This document shows, one piece after another, positions 61,197 through 64,000 of a stretch of DNA of 64,000 bases. The stretch comes from an uncultured Candidatus Pelagibacter sp. (lineage in GTDB: Bacteria; Pseudomonadota; Alphaproteobacteria; Pelagibacterales; Pelagibacteraceae): contig CAJWDL010000004.1 in the NCBI GenBank assembly GCA_913030805.1, positions 2,719 to 66,718 of the forward strand, written 5' to 3'. The position numbers were made by a program, and so were the translations under genes. Below the pieces are notes generated by a model. It was not told the DNA's origin and made no database searches. It saw only the letters and a program-made list of their open reading frames with translations. The first letter of the stretch is position 1. Every line of letters starts with the position of its first letter.

Positions 61197-61771
61197 TCTC
61201 AGCTATTTTGTTAGCCGCAGGTCAGTCCCAAAGAATGGGTGGTGATAACAAATTAATAAAAAAATATAATAAAAAACATTTAATTAACCACATTTTAGAT
61301 ACTTTAATAAAAAGCAAAATAAAGAAAATAATTGTTGTTTCAGGTTTTCAAAATTCAAAAGTTAAAAAAATAATAGTTAAAAATAAAAAAATTAATTTTG
61401 TTTATAACAAGAATTATAAATCTGGTATGGCAAGTTCAATTAAAACCGGTTTAAAAAGGATTTCAAAAAAAAATATAGGATTTTTAATTATTCATGCTGA
61501 CATGCCTAAAATTTCGAGAAAAGTTATAAATAAAATTTACGAATCTATCAAAAGTAAAGATAAAGAAATATTTGTAGCAACTTATAAGAGAAAATTAGGA
61601 AATCCAGTAGGTTTTAAATATTCTATGCTTAAAACACTTAAAAAAATTACAGGTGATCGAGGAGCTAAAAAAATAATTAAGAAAAACAAAAAAAAATTAT
61701 ATTTAGTTAAAGTAAATTCAAAATCAATTTTTAACGATTTAAATACACCAAGGGATTTTTTGGATAACTAG
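61193..61771 (+). CDS. mocA: MobA-like NTP transferase, probably molybdenum cofactor cytidylyltransferase
   Basis: ILLAAGQSQRMG..NKL N-terminal nucleotidyltransferase motif. Lies downstream of xdhC in a Mo-hydroxylase cluster. Confidence 0.75.
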   Translation: MISAILLAAGQSQRMGGDNKLIKKYNKKHLINHILDTLIKSKIKKIIVVSGFQNSKVKKIIVKNKKINFVYNKNYKSGMASSIKTGLKRISKKNIGFLIIHADMPKISRKVINKIYESIKSKDKEIFVATYKRKLGNPVGFKYSMLKTLKKITGDRGAKKIIKKNKKKLYLVKVNSKSIFNDLNTPRDFLDN

Positions 61772-61781
61772 ATATATTTTA

Positions 61782-62051
61782 TTAACCGCCAGCAATGGGC
61801 GGGATAATAGCTATTTTTTGCTCTTTTGAAATCAAATGATCATCATGCACAATATTGTTATCTTCCGAACAGAATGCAGAGGATGTCACGATTTGACAGA
61901 AATTTTTGTTTCCGTCGTGTTTTATATTTATAAATTTAATTAATTCTTTTCTTAAATCTTTAATACGACTGTTACTTTTTAAATCTAAGTCTATAGTATT
62001 TTCAGAACTAAAATCTTTGCTGGCCCCATATAATTCAACTTTGATTTTCAT
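61782..62051 (-). CDS. moaD: MoaD/ThiS-family sulfur carrier (C-terminal Gly-Gly)
   Basis: 89 aa ending in IAIIPPIAGG, which matches the MoaD C-terminal pattern (PPvSGG). Confidence 0.75.
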   Translation of the reverse strand: MKIKVELYGASKDFSSENTIDLDLKSNSRIKDLRKELIKFINIKHDGNKNFCQIVTSSAFCSEDNNIVHDDHLISKEQKIAIIPPIAGG

Positions 62052-62105
62052 AATATTTTTTTATCATAAATCCGATAAAAAATAAGGAAAAATACAAAAA
62101 GTGTT

Positions 62106-62312
62106 TTAAATTTTTTCCCCGTTCATTTCACAGTTCTTTTTGTTAATTTTTTTGTCAAAGGATCTTATATTATCTTTATTTACAAGCCACACAAATGACT
62201 TTTCATAAGTACCATTGTCGGCTAAAGGGGTACAACGTTTTCCTACTTTGACCATATGATTTGAACATTCAGTTAACAATAATGTTGAAAGTATAATTAT
62301 AATTTTTTTCAT
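62106..62312 (-). CDS. Hypothetical small secreted/lipoprotein-like Cys-containing protein
   Basis: 68 aa. N-terminal hydrophobic signal (MKKIIIILSTLLLTEC) with a non-canonical lipobox-like Cys, plus 3 further Cys residues. Confidence 0.45.
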   Translation of the reverse strand: MKKIIIILSTLLLTECSNHMVKVGKRCTPLADNGTYEKSFVWLVNKDNIRSFDKKINKKNCEMNGEKI

Positions 62313-62402
62313 GATAGTTAATTAAATATAAATTTGGATATTTGCTTGTTTTAATCTTGTCATAATTAAGATTTTTACTATCAGAAAAAAAAATTGGCTT
62401 AA

Positions 62403-62479
62403 TGGTGGACTGTCTGGGATTCGAACCCAGGACCCATCGCTTAAGAGGCGATTGCTCTAACCAACTGAGCTAACAGTCC
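62403..62479 (-). tRNA. tRNA-Lys (anticodon CUU), CCA encoded
   Basis: Reverse complement folds as a cloverleaf. Acceptor stem GGACTGT/ACAGTCC, D stem GCTC/GAGC, anticodon stem ATCGC/GCGAT with loop CT-CTT-AA, T stem CTGGG/CCCAG with TTCGAAT loop, then A-CCA. 77 nt. Confidence 0.95.
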
Positions 62480-62551
62480 ATCAAACATTATATATGCATT
62501 TTAATGGTTTAAAAATATCTTAATCCGTTCTAAATTAATTTTTTTATTTAT

Positions 62552-62809
62552 ATGATTATCTCACCCTGTGTAAGTATTTGTAAAACGGATCCCATAACGG
62601 GCTATTGTTATGGGTGCGCTAGAACCAATGGGGAAAAAAAGATTTGGGAAGATGAAAAGACCACTGAAGAATGGAAAAAAAGTAACCTTGAGAAAATCAC
62701 CAAAAGAATGTCAGGCTGGCAGCTAAATAGTTTTAAAGAATCTTACGAGCATAAAATTAAAAGTGGAGTTTCATTATTTCAGAAACATTCAATTCAAGAA
62801 AAACCATAA
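62552..62809 (+). CDS. DUF1289 domain-containing (putative Fe-S/Cys-rich) protein
   Basis: SPCVSICKTDPITGYCYGCARTNGEKKIW matches the DUF1289 CxxxC..CxGC pattern. Confidence 0.8.
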   Translation: MIISPCVSICKTDPITGYCYGCARTNGEKKIWEDEKTTEEWKKSNLEKITKRMSGWQLNSFKESYEHKIKSGVSLFQKHSIQEKP

Positions 62810-62983
62810 GATCAAAGCTACTATTGCTAGTATAATTATTAAAATACGAACTCCGCTTAAATAATTGGATATTTCATGAGATTTAGAAATATCTCTTTTT
62901 TTTCCTGCACCTAATCTGATTACCAGATAAAATAGAAGCAGCAAAACCAGTATGACAAAAAGAATTCCAGTTTTTTCTAACAT
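62789..62983 (-). CDS. Hypothetical small membrane protein (2 TM)
   Basis: 64 aa with two strongly hydrophobic helices. It fills the gap before the MORN gene and overlaps the DUF1289 3' end by 21 nt. No family recognised. Confidence 0.3.
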   Translation of the reverse strand: MLEKTGILFVILVLLLLFYLVIRLGAGKKRDISKSHEISNYLSGVRILIIILAIVALILWFFLN

Positions 62984-63034
62984 TTATAAATTAAAACTTT
63001 ACAAATAGATTGTTATTTTTCATAATTAATTTTG

Positions 63035-64000
63035 ATGAAAAAATTTCTAGTTACTTTATTTATAAGTTCACTGTTTTGCAATATAGCACAAGCACAAAGT
63101 TCATTATCTGAGTGTAAAGGAAGCCCCTATGAAGTTAAAAAATTCTCTTTAACGGGAGGAGGTCTTGCAACCAAAATGAAGATGTTAGCCAAATGGAGAA
63201 ATTGTCACGGTACTTTGATTAATAAAGATGGATCTCAATACGTTGGTGAATTTCAAGGTGGAAAATATTCGGGTCAAGGAACTTTCACATGGGGAGATGG
63301 AGAATTTGCTGGGGACAAATATGTTGGAGAATTTTTAAAAGGTAAACGAAGTGGACTAGGGACTTACACATTTGCCAATGGAGATATAGATCACGGTATT
63401 TGGAAAAAAGGCAAATTGATTGAACGTATTGAAATAGGTAAAAAAAAAACAAAGAAAGAAAAAACCAAGACAGCCAAGAAAAAAGAAGCCAAGACAGTCA
63501 AGAAAGAAGCAACGCAAACAGAAAGTTCATTGTTTGAGTGCGAAGGAAGTCCTCTTGAAGTTAAAACATTTTCCTTTTCGGGAATGAAGATGTTCGCCAA
63601 ATGGAGAAATTGTCAGGGTACTTTATTTGGTAAAGATGGCAGCAAATATATTGGCGAATTTCAAGGTGGAAAATTTTCTGGACAAGGAACTTATACATAC
63701 AGCAATGGAGCAGTTTACGAAGGAGGTTTTAAAAGAGGTAAACAAGAAGGGTACGGAGTTTACAAATTTGCTAATGGAGATTTGTATGTTGGTGAATTTA
63801 AAACAGATTCATTTCACGGAGAAGGAACTTTCACTAATCATCTCGGAGGTAAATATGTAGGAGAATTTGTTCAAGGTGTATATAATGGACAAGGAACCTT
63901 CACATTTCCAGATGGAAGAGAAAATAGTGGGACATGGAAAAATGGCTTGTTAGATGGACAGGTAAGTATTTTTTTGGGAGACGGTGGCAAGTACTTTGGA
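63035..64000 (+). CDS. Secreted MORN-repeat protein with an internally duplicated module (3' end beyond the window)
   Basis: Not in the ORF track because it runs off the window. My translation from ATG 63035 gives MKKFLVTLFISSLFCNIAQA (signal peptide) followed by repeated YVGEFxxGKxxGxGTYTFxNGD units, which are the MORN consensus. The frame is open to nt 64000. Confidence 0.85.
   Translation, partial: MKKFLVTLFISSLFCNIAQAQSSLSECKGSPYEVKKFSLTGGGLATKMKMLAKWRNCHGTLINKDGSQYVGEFQGGKYSGQGTFTWGDGEFAGDKYVGEFLKGKRSGLGTYTFANGDIDHGIWKKGKLIERIEIGKKKTKKEKTKTAKKKEAKTVKKEATQTESSLFECEGSPLEVKTFSFSGMKMFAKWRNCQGTLFGKDGSKYIGEFQGGKFSGQGTYTYSNGAVYEGGFKRGKQEGYGVYKFANGDLYVGEFKTDSFHGEGTFTNHLGGKYVGEFVQGVYNGQGTFTFPDGRENSGTWKNGLLDGQVSIFLGDGGKYFG
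63098..63289 (+). repeat. MORN-gene module copy 1 (SSLSECKGSPYEVK..MKMLAKWRNCHGTL..YVGEFQGGKYSGQGTF)
   Basis: Direct repeat of 63524-63697 at both DNA and protein level. This copy carries an extra 18 nt. Confidence 0.85.
63524..63697 (+). repeat. MORN-gene module copy 2 (SSLFECEGSPLEVK..MKMFAKWRNCQGTL..YIGEFQGGKFSGQGTY)
   Basis: See copy 1. The copies are separated by a Lys-rich linker (KKKTKKEKTKTAKKKEAKTVKKEA). Confidence 0.85.

Noticed and set aside
62313-62551. tRNA-Lys as an integration hotspot or genomic-island boundary.
   Set aside because: I saw no integrase, no phage or IS genes, and no direct repeat of the tRNA 3' end nearby. The flanking genes are small ordinary-looking ORFs.
63391-63860. 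Track ORFs 63391-63600 (-) and 63627-63860 (+).
   Set aside because: Both fall inside the long open MORN-repeat frame that starts at 63035. That frame has a signal peptide and repeated YVGEF..G.G motifs. These two are shadow ORFs.
1-64000. CRISPR arrays, IS elements or transposases, prophage, toxin-antitoxin or other defence loci, rRNA or other large ncRNAs.
   Set aside because: None seen. The only repeats are the two intragenic duplications and the short palindromes. All spacers longer than 100 nt (1914-2023, 10188-10314, 27021-27172, 33142-33305, 42093-42247, 50191-50305) are A/T-rich promoter-like DNA with no stem-rich structure that I could identify by eye.

Overview
This is an AT-rich (about 30% GC by eye), extremely compact segment. 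By my tally it is roughly 97% coding. Many same-strand genes overlap by 4-31 nt, and convergent genes abut or overlap. Protein content and synteny are alphaproteobacterial: an NDUFA12-DUF2155 pair, tyrS<>anmK, Hda, plant-type GshA and lptD-surA-pdxA-rsmA. I infer a SAR11/Pelagibacterales-like core chromosome; this is not proven. I call about 70 CDS and one tRNA-Lys(CUU). The gene groups, in order:
- gshB-gshA and a betaine/homocysteine methyltransferase
- purF-cvpA, an RND/MMPL exporter, and dnaB-rplI-rpsR-rpsF
- fabD-fabG-acpP-gmk
- rsmA-pdxA-surA-lptD-lptG-lptF divergent from pepA-ndk
- a secreted hypothetical coupled to hda, then aspS
- an orphan NrdJ-C-terminal-like protein
- accC-accB-aroQ, thiS-thiG, rne and mrcA
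- prfB with its +1 frameshift site, an AsmA-like protein, tyrS and anmK
- a complete Rrf2-sufBCDSUTA operon and glnA
- nnrD-ybaK-EamA and tauE-mmuM
- a molybdenum-hydroxylase island (moaB, coxG-S-L-M form II, split xdhC, mocA, moaD)
- a MORN-repeat protein running off the 3' end
I found no mobile elements, CRISPR arrays, integrases, defence genes or rRNA. I cannot point to a convincing new multi-gene system; this reads as an ordinary core region. The items most worth a second look are:
- the form II Cox-like island of unknown substrate, with a tail-anchored CoxG and an xdhC split by a single in-frame TGA
- the orphan NrdJ-tail homolog
- the secreted-protein/hda translational coupling
- the tauE-mmuM pair
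- in-frame duplications in lptD and in the MORN gene
- two candidate operator palindromes
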